Source of the DNA: an uncultured Alphaproteobacteria bacterium
Lineage (GTDB): Bacteria; Pseudomonadota; Alphaproteobacteria; RF32; CAG-239
Assembly: GCA_934277435.1 (NCBI GenBank)
Contig: CAKQUE010000006.1
Span: 3,395-67,394, forward strand
Length of the DNA: 64,000 nucleotides
Direction: 5' to 3'
This document shows positions 1 to 8,354 of this stretch, piece after piece. Both the position numbers and the translations under genes were made by a program. Below the pieces are notes generated by a model that saw only the letters and a list, made by a program, of their open reading frames with translations, made no database searches and was not told the DNA's origin. Numbering within the stretch: the stretch's first letter is position 1; each line of letters opens with the position of its first letter.

Positions 1-2733
1 TATAATAAAAATGGCTCGCTCTTTTCCGGCGCAGTCAAAAAGAAAGATGATGAAGGGCGTATGATAACCTATTTTTATCGCAACGGATTGCGCAACGGCA
101 TTACGTCAGCTCACTTTGAAGACGGTAAAATCGAGTTTGAGATAACTTATCGCAAAGGTCAAAAAGAAGGCGAAGAGATATATTTTTATGAAAATGGTAA
201 TCCTAAAGCCAAACGCACCTACAGCGCAGATGTCCAAAATGGTCCAGAAGTGTTGTATGACATAAACGGTCGCCCAACGCAGCAGAATAACTATGTTAAC
301 GGTTTATTGGACGGTGAAACAACATATTTTGACGCCAATGGTAATCGCACCAAAATAGAACACTATAAAGCCGGTATAAAAAATGGCGTAGAACATATAG
401 TTGTTGAAAATATGCTGCAAGAAGAAAATAATTATATCGACGGCAAAAAAAACGGCGTTACCAAAAAATATAATAAAGAATATCTGACCGATGAAATTAA
501 TTATACGGATAATCAAAAAAACGGTATTTGGCGACACTATAATCCGGACGGCAGTATTACGGAAATTCCTTATGAAAATGATGAAAAAAACGGTGTCGGC
601 GTGGCCTATTATCCAGATAAGACGATTGCCAACAGAGCGACTTATCTGAATGGCGTGAAAAACGGACTAAGTGAAAAGTTTTATAAAAACGGCAAACGCC
701 AAAGTGTTGAAACTTATAAAAATGACAAGTTGGAAGGTATCAGCCGATTTTTTGAAAAAGACGGTTCTCTGTTATATGTGAGCTATTATGTTGACGGTAT
801 GGAGTTGGCAACAGTTAATGTTATTAAAGATGATGAGTTGAGTGAAATTATCGCAGCACGCAAAAATAACACGTTAGGCAAGTTTGTTGCGCAAAAAGGC
901 TACTGGTACACTATTCTCTGGCTGGGGATAAATATGGAAGATGTCTCCATTTTGAAAGAGTTGGCAAAAAATATGAAAATGTATAATTTTGCTTTGGACG
1001 ACACGCAAGCGTATATAAAAGCCAATCAAAACAAATATAATAATCTGAACCGGCGGCTGTTTTTTGGCTTGAATCCATTGAGTTATGCGGTTGATTTATC
1101 TGCTCCAACGGAGATACTGCAAAACTTTGCAACCCCAAAACATATAAATGAAATTAATCCGCGCGGCGGAACGGCTCTGCAAGAAGCAATTCGCCTGAAT
1201 AATTTGAATATGGTCAAATATTTGCTGCTGCAGCAGGCAGATGTCAAAAAAAGTTATAAAAATATTGTTAGTCAAGCCATTGCGGAAAATGTTAATTCGC
1301 AGATTATTGAAGAATTACTCAAAGCCGGCGCTGATGTAAATGTTGGCGGACAAGAGGGGCAAACTCCTCTAGTAGCGGCAGTAAGGGCGAATAATGAGCG
1401 TTTGGTTGATTTGCTGCTAAAATATCATGCAGATGCAAACATTACTTTTGCTGATGGTAAAAATTTGCTGTTTTGGGCGGTAAGCAGTCATGATAACGCC
1501 AAAATTATTGATAGGCTGCTGGCAAGTGGCTTAGATGTAAATCAAAAAGATAATAACGGTAATGTGATGTTGCTTACGGCGTTAGCTATGCAAGATATTG
1601 ATTTAGTTGAAAAACTTTTGCGCAATGGCGCCGATGTGAATTTAGCTGACGCTTCAGGGGAGAGCGCCGCGACTTATGTTATCAATAACAATGTCGATGA
1701 CAAAGTTGTGCAGCAAATTTATAGCAAAGACATAGATGTATATAATAAAGTTGGTAAAGTTCAGCAGCCATTGTGGAAAATCTTGGCGGCCAAAGAAAAA
1801 TGGGAGTTGCTTAAAGCTGTTTTTGCCAAAATGGGCGGTGCAGATAAAGCTGATGTCAACGGAGATATACCGCTGTATACTCTAAATTTGTCAGAACAAG
1901 ATGTTTCTCCAGAATTTCAGCAATTGTTGTTGTCATATGTTACGCCGGAATGGCTGCAAGAAAATACTGTATTCATCTGGCAAACTGTTGAACATAAAAA
2001 TTATCAGTTGTGGCAAAAACTTGTGGAAATTGGGTTTAATCCAAATCTGAAAAATGCTTCAGAAACCAGCCTTGTATTTTATTTGCTGAAAAATAATTAT
2101 CCATCAGAATGGCTGGAAGAGCTAGAAAAATTGCAGCCGGATTTGAATGCGGCAGATAATAACGGGCAAACGCCGCTAGGTTTTGCTATCAAAGAAAATA
2201 ATTCTGAACTGGTACAAAATTTGCTGGCGCACGGCGCAAATGTTAATGATGAAAAACAAAAATATTTGCTGATGCTGAATTCCAACCAATCGAAAATAAC
2301 TTCTATTTTGCTGCAAAGCGGAGCGGATGTTGAAAAATTGCGACCGGATAACGGTACATTGCTGATGTCTGCGGTAGAAAATTTGAATGTTCCGCTGGTA
2401 AAGCATATAATAGAAAAAGGAACGAATATTCAAACTCGTGATAACGATGGTAATGTGGCAATTCATTATTTAAATACGGCGGTGGTCAAAAATTCGGCTT
2501 TATCGGCAGATGATTTGCTGGCAAAATTTACGAATGTATTGTCATTTTTGCTGCAAGGAGGGGCAGATATAAATGCCCAAAACGGCAATGGCGAAACTGT
2601 TTTGCTGCAGCTGGCCAAGCAGAAAAATGCGCTGTATAAACAGATATCTGAAATTTTGCAGGCGCATGGAGCCGACGTTTCTCTAAAAGACCAATACGGC
2701 AAAACGGCGTCAGACTATGCGCTTGGTATTTAA
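1..2733 (+). CDS. MORN/YwqK-type repeat plus ankyrin-repeat protein (5' end runs off the window)
   Basis: The frame is open from nt 1, so the ATG at 61 is internal. The N-terminal third has repeated 'Y..NG....E..Y.NG.K.G' units. The C-terminal two thirds have many 'G.TPL..A......V..LL..GADVN' ankyrin units. Confidence 0.8.
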   Translation, partial: YNKNGSLFSGAVKKKDDEGRMITYFYRNGLRNGITSAHFEDGKIEFEITYRKGQKEGEEIYFYENGNPKAKRTYSADVQNGPEVLYDINGRPTQQNNYVNGLLDGETTYFDANGNRTKIEHYKAGIKNGVEHIVVENMLQEENNYIDGKKNGVTKKYNKEYLTDEINYTDNQKNGIWRHYNPDGSITEIPYENDEKNGVGVAYYPDKTIANRATYLNGVKNGLSEKFYKNGKRQSVETYKNDKLEGISRFFEKDGSLLYVSYYVDGMELATVNVIKDDELSEIIAARKNNTLGKFVAQKGYWYTILWLGINMEDVSILKELAKNMKMYNFALDDTQAYIKANQNKYNNLNRRLFFGLNPLSYAVDLSAPTEILQNFATPKHINEINPRGGTALQEAIRLNNLNMVKYLLLQQADVKKSYKNIVSQAIAENVNSQIIEELLKAGADVNVGGQEGQTPLVAAVRANNERLVDLLLKYHADANITFADGKNLLFWAVSSHDNAKIIDRLLASGLDVNQKDNNGNVMLLTALAMQDIDLVEKLLRNGADVNLADASGESAATYVINNNVDDKVVQQIYSKDIDVYNKVGKVQQPLWKILAAKEKWELLKAVFAKMGGADKADVNGDIPLYTLNLSEQDVSPEFQQLLLSYVTPEWLQENTVFIWQTVEHKNYQLWQKLVEIGFNPNLKNASETSLVFYLLKNNYPSEWLEELEKLQPDLNAADNNGQTPLGFAIKENNSELVQNLLAHGANVNDEKQKYLLMLNSNQSKITSILLQSGADVEKLRPDNGTLLMSAVENLNVPLVKHIIEKGTNIQTRDNDGNVAIHYLNTAVVKNSALSADDLLAKFTNVLSFLLQGGADINAQNGNGETVLLQLAKQKNALYKQISEILQAHGADVSLKDQYGKTASDYALGI

Positions 2734-2736
2734 AAA

Positions 2737-2765
2737 TTGACAAAAAATAACAGACGTGGTATACA
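2737..2765 (+). promoter_or_regulatory. sigma70-like promoter TTGACA-17-TATACA
   Basis: TTGACA at 2737-2742, a 17-nt spacer, and TATACA at 2760-2765. It lies about 30 nt upstream of ORF 2793. Confidence 0.5.
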
Positions 2766-2792
2766 TCTTTTATACTTAATATTTTTAATTTA

Positions 2793-3347
2793 GTGATTAT
2801 GAACAGGAATGATATTTTTCATTTTTTAGATGCTGTTGGTTTTAGTCAGGCTGACGCCGAAGCTTATTTTAAGCGGCCTCAGTCTGAAAAACAAGACGCC
2901 AAGTTTATCACATTACTGCCGGTGGCTTGTATGCAAAATGGCAGACTAATTCCGACTAATTTGCTTGAAGTCAAAAATTTGGCTGCTGTGATGGGAATAG
3001 TTGTTGGTAACAGTGTTATCAGTCTGGTTAACAAGCTGAATGTTAATAGGATTGAGGCTGGAGCTGAGCTTTTTCAAAACAATATTGATGGATATTCGTG
3101 GGTTTTTCCCGATGAAAAAGTTTTTGAAGAAGTTGCGCAACAACAAGAAGCTTTTGACGAAACAGTCGCATTGCTTTGCCGTTTGGGCCGCAAGGCTGAA
3201 GGTTTTGTCACCGGCTACAATTATTGGACCAGAATCACATATCTGGATCAAACTTCCATGGTAGTGCAGCTATACGACTGCTGTCGCAGTTTTATCTCAG
3301 GAAAACAAAACAAAAATTGCGCCCTGCGTGCTGTGATAAACCTTTAA
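2793..3347 (+). CDS. hypothetical protein (184 aa)
   Basis: Long ORF in an intergenic-free slot with its own promoter. No motif recognised. The start could be GTG 2793 or ATG 2799. Confidence 0.6.
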   Translation: MIMNRNDIFHFLDAVGFSQADAEAYFKRPQSEKQDAKFITLLPVACMQNGRLIPTNLLEVKNLAAVMGIVVGNSVISLVNKLNVNRIEAGAELFQNNIDGYSWVFPDEKVFEEVAQQQEAFDETVALLCRLGRKAEGFVTGYNYWTRITYLDQTSMVVQLYDCCRSFISGKQNKNCALRAVINL

Positions 3348-3479
3348 TAAAAAACTTCCATTATTTTGAGTTGCCTATATCAATTTTGGCAGCTCATGTA
3401 ATGGGAGTTTTTTTCATTTAATATAGAGCTTTTGAATTTTTCGCTTTACATTCAATTATCTTTCTTATAACCTAAAAAA

Positions 3480-3679
3480 AGACGGATTTTAGTCTGTCTA
3501 GGGCGTAGCAACCCTTTTATAACCAGTCGTTAAAGCATAAACGACTTAAATTTTATATGCCGATTTCTGCCAGTTAGGCGGATGTCGGCTGAATAAGGCT
3601 ATGTGCTGAATAAGCCGAGCCGTTTGGTTATATACGGTTTGCTAACATCCGCCCACTTTTGACAGTGGGTTTTATTTTA
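3480..3679 (+). promoter_or_regulatory. candidate structured 5' leader RNA (riboswitch/attenuator-like), copy 1
   Basis: It is homologous and nearly co-linear with 32790..32986. Shared hairpins are P1 3480-85/3494-99, P2 3500-03/3512-15, P3 3525-30/3541-46 and P4 3559-71/3577-89, and both carry a conserved CTGAATA. It ends in an intrinsic terminator about 25 nt before the pilin-like start codon. Confidence 0.6.
3652..3679 (+). terminator. intrinsic terminator inside leader copy 1
   Basis: CCCACT-tttgac-AGTGGG followed by TTTTATTTT. The segment 3645-3653 (ACATCCGCC) overlaps the 5' arm and is perfectly complementary to 3577-3585. Confidence 0.6.
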
Positions 3680-3703
3680 TGCAAAATAAACGGAGTTAGA
3701 AAT

Positions 3704-4327
3704 ATGTATAAACTAAAAAACAATAATATTGGTCGTTCTATGATAGAAATGCTTGGCGTGTTGGCGATTATCGGTGTGTTAAGTGTTGGTGGAATTGCCG
3801 GCTATTCCAAAGCTATGGAAAAGTTTAAATTGAATAAAACAGTTAGCGAATACAGTTATTTTATTTTCAATATGTTTGAACATGGTGATGAGTTTAAAAA
3901 ATTACCGGAGGGCACCGGATTGGCAAAATTAGCCGAACAGTTGGATTTATTGCCGGCGTCATGGAAATATATTGCTTCTAATAATAGTGAAAGATGGGTG
4001 CGAGATGGGCTTCAAAATAAAATACAGATGTGGCAGACTGGTGGTCATCTTGTTTTTGAAATATATTTACCCATAGATGAAAATGCCAAAAAACTTGACC
4101 TTTGCCGCAGTTTGTTGAAAGACTTTATCTATCCTTTGCACGATTTTGCCCTTTATGCCTTTGTTTGGCGAGTGCGCCCGGAAAAAGAAGATGAAGATTG
4201 GTGGGGGACAAATTATTGCGGAGGTGAACGAAAGTGTCTTAAAGACGTTACCGTTGCCGCCATGGATGCCGCTTGCCGAAGCTGTGTGGATTCACAAGGA
4301 GAATGCTCTATAGTGCTGACTTACTAA
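3704..4327 (+). CDS. prepilin-type N-terminal (type IV pilin / T2SS pseudopilin-like) protein, Cys-rich C-terminus
   Basis: The N-terminus 'MYKLKNNNIG|RSMIEMLGVLAIIGVLSVGGIAGY' has Gly-1, Glu+5 and a hydrophobic helix. GGAG lies 8-9 nt upstream of ATG 3704. The longer ORF-track start at 3659 would overlap the terminator. Confidence 0.75.
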   Translation: MYKLKNNNIGRSMIEMLGVLAIIGVLSVGGIAGYSKAMEKFKLNKTVSEYSYFIFNMFEHGDEFKKLPEGTGLAKLAEQLDLLPASWKYIASNNSERWVRDGLQNKIQMWQTGGHLVFEIYLPIDENAKKLDLCRSLLKDFIYPLHDFALYAFVWRVRPEKEDEDWWGTNYCGGERKCLKDVTVAAMDAACRSCVDSQGECSIVLTY

Positions 4328-4333
4328 AGTTAC

Positions 4334-4981
4334 CTATTTAAGCGCCAAAGTAAAATCTGCTTCGGTGGTGTTTTTGATGTCTTCCAGTGAAGAATAAGGA
4401 CTGATTTCACGCAATAGCAAGCCTTGCGGTGTTACTTCAAACACTCCTTTTTCCGTGATAATAAGATTTACTTTATGCGCCGCTGTCAGGGGCAGGGTGC
4501 ATTTTTTCAAAATTTTCGGCATACCTTTAGAAGTATGTTCCATGGCGATAATCAGCTTTTTTGTGCCAACTACCAAATCCATGGCACCTCCCATCCCCGG
4601 AGTGAATTTTCCAGGGATACACCAGTTGGCGAGGTTACCCTCTTGGTCTACCTGCAAAGCGCCTAAAACTGTAATATCTATATGGCCGCCGCGCATTAGC
4701 CCAAAAGAAGTCAAACTGTCAATAAAGCAACCGCCTGGGTTGATGGTTACACCCACGCCGCCGGCGTTGGTAATGCGCTCGTCTTTGACAGATTCATGCG
4801 GATATGCCCCAACTCCAAGCACACCGTTTTCAGATTGCACAATCACTTCCACATCGTCCGGCAAATAGGTTACAGCTTTGGTTGGCAACCCAATACCAAG
4901 CGTAATCACATCGTTGTTATGAAATTCTTGCGCCACTCGTTTAGCAATTACTTCTTGTATCTCATCTTTAGAGAGCGTCAT
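4334..4981 (-). CDS. scoB: 3-oxoacid CoA-transferase subunit B
   Basis: 'VQSENGVLGVG' (SENG active-site Glu motif) and 'GMGGAMDLV'. It is 215 aa and overlaps subunit A by 4 nt. Confidence 0.85.
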   Translation of the reverse strand: MTLSKDEIQEVIAKRVAQEFHNNDVITLGIGLPTKAVTYLPDDVEVIVQSENGVLGVGAYPHESVKDERITNAGGVGVTINPGGCFIDSLTSFGLMRGGHIDITVLGALQVDQEGNLANWCIPGKFTPGMGGAMDLVVGTKKLIIAMEHTSKGMPKILKKCTLPLTAAHKVNLIITEKGVFEVTPQGLLLREISPYSSLEDIKNTTEADFTLALK

Positions 4982-5634
4982 TTTACATTTTCCTTTGCCA
5001 CAATATAATCAACCATAATCCCAGGAACAATCACATTGTTCGGGTCCAGCGGCTCATCATGCAAATAATCTACTTCTGCAATCACAATATCGGCAGCGCT
5101 TGCCATAACCACATTAAAGTTGCGGGTAGAGCCAAAGTAGGATAGGTTGCCAAATTTGTCGGCGTTGGTGGCATAGATTAGGGCAATATTGGCATGCAGA
5201 GGTTTTTCTAAAATATAATCCTTGCCGTCAACATTGATAATTTGTTTGCCTTTAGCCACATCAGTTCCAATACCTGTCGGAGTTAAGACACCGCCCAGTC
5301 CGGCCCCGGCGGCGCGGATACGTTCGGCCAGCGAACCTTGCGGAGCAAGCTCAACTTCCAAAGTTCCGGCATTCATTTGCGCTACTGTTTCCGGATTTGT
5401 ACCTATATGCGAAACAATCGCTTTTTTGATTTTATACGCCGAAATTAGTTTTCCGCGGTCCGAATCCGGAGTTGAAGTGTCATTGCCAATTAGCGTTAGA
5501 TTTTCGATAGATGTTTTTAACAGCTCATCAATCACGGCGGTTGGTGCGCCGCACTTTAGAAATCCGCCTATCATTATGCTTTGATTGTCTTTAAAAAATT
5601 TGACGGCTTCAGTTGCTGAGATAAATTTTACCAT
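4978..5634 (-). CDS. scoA: 3-oxoacid CoA-transferase subunit A
   Basis: 'IMIGGFLKCGAP...' and 'ELAPQGSLAERIRAAGAGLGGVLTPTG', both typical of family I CoA-transferase alpha subunits. Confidence 0.85.
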   Translation of the reverse strand: MVKFISATEAVKFFKDNQSIMIGGFLKCGAPTAVIDELLKTSIENLTLIGNDTSTPDSDRGKLISAYKIKKAIVSHIGTNPETVAQMNAGTLEVELAPQGSLAERIRAAGAGLGGVLTPTGIGTDVAKGKQIINVDGKDYILEKPLHANIALIYATNADKFGNLSYFGSTRNFNVVMASAADIVIAEVDYLHDEPLDPNNVIVPGIMVDYIVAKENVK

Positions 5635-5710
5635 TTGTTCTCCTTAAAAACTTATCTCAGCAATAAACGAAAAAGCAAAAAAAGTCAATAATCGGCGAGG
5701 GGGCGTGTAT

Positions 5711-5746
5711 AAAAAAACAGCCTGTTTGAAAATTCAAACAGGCTGT
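5711..5746 (-). terminator. intrinsic terminator after clpB
   Basis: A 13-bp stem ACAGCCTGTTTGA/TCAAACAGGCTGT, with an A-run on the plus strand that is a T-run on the minus strand. Confidence 0.7.
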
Positions 5747-5765
5747 TACCTCAACCAAAACAAAT

Positions 5766-8282
5766 TTAATGTTTTGTTTCCGGCGTTAGTTTTAAGCCGT
5801 TAGCGTCAGCGGTAATAGAAACCGTGGAGTTATCCGGTACAGCGCCGTCAAGCAGCAGAACCGACAGCGGATTTTCAACTTCTTGCACAATCAAGCGTTT
5901 CAGCGGACGAGCGCCAAACTCTTCATTATAACCATTGTCAGCCAGCCAATCTTTGGCTTTGTCGTCCAGCTGCAAATTGATGTGGCGGTCGTTTAGACGC
6001 TTTTGCAAACGTTCAATTTGAATATCCACAATTTGCCGAATATCCTCTTTGCGCAACGGGTTAAAGGTGATTATCTCATCAAGACGGTTTAAAAATTCCG
6101 GCTTAAAGAAACTCTTTAACTTAGTCATTAAATCGCCTTCGCCTCCGGTAACCAGATTAGAAGTCAAAATAATAAAGGTATTTTTAAAGTCTACCGTGCG
6201 GCCTTTACCATCGGTCAAATGACCTTCATCAAGCACTTGCAGCAGCAGGTTAAACACATCTGGATGTGCTTTTTCCACCTCGTCAAACAAAATAACCTGA
6301 TATGGACGGCGACGAACTGCCTCGGTCAAAACACCGCCTTCATCATAGCCCACATATCCCGGAGGCGCGCCGATTAAACGAGCGACAGAATGCTTTTCCA
6401 TATATTCGGACATATCTATACGCACGTACGCGGCTTCTTCATCAAACAAAAATTCTGCCAAAGCTTTTGCCAGTTCGGTTTTACCAACACCGGTCGGACC
6501 AAGGAACAAAAATGAACCAATTGGGCGATTCGGGTCTTTTAAACCTGAACGAGAACGGCGCACAGCATTGGCAACAGCTGTTAAAGCTTTGTCCTGACCA
6601 ACCACACGCAATGCTAAATTTTTTTCCAAATTCAGCAGTTTTTCACGCTCGCTGCCTACCAGTTTATCTACCGGAATACCAGTCCATTTAGAAACAACCG
6701 AAGCAATCATATCCGGAGTGACGGTTTCAACAGTTTGCTGAGCTTGGCTATGAGCGCTAATCTCTTTTATTTTACGTTCCAAATCAGGAATTTCTTTATA
6801 TTGCAGCTCTCCGGCTTTTTCATATAAACCGGCACGCAGTGCTTTATCAGCCTCTATGCGTGCTTGGTCCAAGCGTTCACGTAGACGGTTTGCTTCCAAG
6901 CTGGAGCTTTTACGCGCTTTCCACGCTTCAGATTTTTCGGCCGATTCTTTTTCTAAAACGGCTATTTCCTGTTCCAATTTCGCCAAACGTACTTTTGAGT
7001 TGTCATCGGTTTCCTTTTTCAGGGCTTCGCGCTCGATTTTATATTGAATCAGCTTACGGTCAATCTCGTCAAGTTCTTCCGGCTTTGAATCCAAAGCCAT
7101 TTTGAGTTTGCTGGCGGCTTCATCAACCAAATCTATGGCTTTATCCGGCAAAAAACGGTCGGTAATATAACGGTCTGACATCGTTGCTGCCGCTACCAAT
7201 GCCGCGTCAGAAATACGCACGCCATGATGAAGTTCATATTTTTCTTTGATACCGCGCAAAATTGAAATAGTTTCTTCAACATGGGTTTCACCAACATATA
7301 CAGGTTGAAAACGACGGGCAAAAGCGGCGTCTTTTTCAATGTATTTTTGGTATTCTTTCAATGTTGTTGCGCCAATGCAGTGCAGTTCACCGCGCGCCAA
7401 TGCTGGTTTTAATAGGTTGGAAGCGTCCATAGAGCCTTCGCTGGCACCGGCGCCTACAACCGTATGCATTTCATCTATGAACAAAATAACTTGTCCTTCG
7501 GAAGATGAAACTTCTTTTAAAACAGCTTTCAAACGCTCTTCAAACTCGCCGCGGAATTTAGCACCTGCAATCAGCGCGCCCATATCCAGCGACATCAGGC
7601 GCTTGTGCGCTAGGCTATCCGGTACATCGCCGTTGATAATACGCTGTGCCAAACCCTCGACAATAGCGGTTTTACCAACACCAGGCTCACCAATCAAAAT
7701 CGGGTTGTTTTTGGTACGGCGTGACAATACTTGAATTGTACGGCGAATTTCTTCATCACGGCCGATTACCGGATCAAGTTTGCCTTGCGCTGCCAGTTGT
7801 GTAAAATCTATGGCGTATTTTTTCAAGGCGTCAAAACTATCTTCAGCCGAAGCAGAATCGGCAGTGCGTCCCTGGCGCATATTATTGATAGCCTCGTTGA
7901 GCTTATGCACATCAACGCCATAATTTTTTTGCATTAAAATCGCTTGCAGCAAACGTTCAACCGTAACATAACTGTCTTTGGCTTTTTCGGCAATTTGCTC
8001 CGCCGTGTCCAAAACTGTTAAAAAGTCTTTAGAGCAGGAAACTTCAATATTTTGCCCTTCAACTTGCGGCAATTTATTAAGTTCTGCGGCGACTTCTTCA
8101 CGCAATAAATCTGGATTTGCTCCGGCTTGACTCAATAAATTAGACGCAACGCCGTTTTTATCATCAAGCATCACTTTTAATAAGTGGGCAGGGGTAATAA
8201 ACTGGTTGTTGTTGCGCAGAGCCAAACTTTGAGCATTTTGCAAGAACCCTTGACTGCGGTCTGTAAGTTTTTCCATATTCAT
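5766..8282 (-). CDS. clpB: ATP-dependent chaperone ClpB
   Basis: Two AAA+ modules ('[10 protein letters not shown]', '[15 protein letters not shown]') and a long coiled-coil middle domain. 838 aa. Confidence 0.95.
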   Translation of the reverse strand: MNMEKLTDRSQGFLQNAQSLALRNNNQFITPAHLLKVMLDDKNGVASNLLSQAGANPDLLREEVAAELNKLPQVEGQNIEVSCSKDFLTVLDTAEQIAEKAKDSYVTVERLLQAILMQKNYGVDVHKLNEAINNMRQGRTADSASAEDSFDALKKYAIDFTQLAAQGKLDPVIGRDEEIRRTIQVLSRRTKNNPILIGEPGVGKTAIVEGLAQRIINGDVPDSLAHKRLMSLDMGALIAGAKFRGEFEERLKAVLKEVSSSEGQVILFIDEMHTVVGAGASEGSMDASNLLKPALARGELHCIGATTLKEYQKYIEKDAAFARRFQPVYVGETHVEETISILRGIKEKYELHHGVRISDAALVAAATMSDRYITDRFLPDKAIDLVDEAASKLKMALDSKPEELDEIDRKLIQYKIEREALKKETDDNSKVRLAKLEQEIAVLEKESAEKSEAWKARKSSSLEANRLRERLDQARIEADKALRAGLYEKAGELQYKEIPDLERKIKEISAHSQAQQTVETVTPDMIASVVSKWTGIPVDKLVGSEREKLLNLEKNLALRVVGQDKALTAVANAVRRSRSGLKDPNRPIGSFLFLGPTGVGKTELAKALAEFLFDEEAAYVRIDMSEYMEKHSVARLIGAPPGYVGYDEGGVLTEAVRRRPYQVILFDEVEKAHPDVFNLLLQVLDEGHLTDGKGRTVDFKNTFIILTSNLVTGGEGDLMTKLKSFFKPEFLNRLDEIITFNPLRKEDIRQIVDIQIERLQKRLNDRHINLQLDDKAKDWLADNGYNEEFGARPLKRLIVQEVENPLSVLLLDGAVPDNSTVSITADANGLKLTPETKH

Positions 8283-8312
8283 ACTTATTCACTCTCCTTT
8301 ATCTATAACAAG

Positions 8313-8341
8313 ATATAGGAAATGAATTTTTCAAATGCAAA
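8313..8341 (-). promoter_or_regulatory. possible RpoH (sigma32)-type promoter for clpB
   Basis: The minus strand reads TTTG-N18-CCTATAT about 30 nt upstream of the clpB ATG. This resembles the alpha-proteobacterial CTTG-N17/18-CYTATNT heat-shock promoter. Confidence 0.3.
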
Positions 8342-8354
8342 TATTTTGAAAAAA

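Noticed and set aside
3480-3679. Identification of the leader as a c-di-GMP (GEMM-I/II) riboswitch, since those control pilin genes in some Firmicutes.
   Set aside because: Only a short 'GCAACC'-like string is shared. The characteristic GEMM helices and conserved purines, as I remember them, are not present. I report it as an unclassified motif instead.
3659-3703. The longer ORF-track start (3659) for the first pilin-like gene, and the GTG 33011 start for the second.
   Set aside because: The extension would be translated through the leader terminator hairpin and adds a non-homologous N-terminus. ATG 3704 has a GGAG RBS and gives the short basic leader peptide expected before the G|RSMIE cleavage site.
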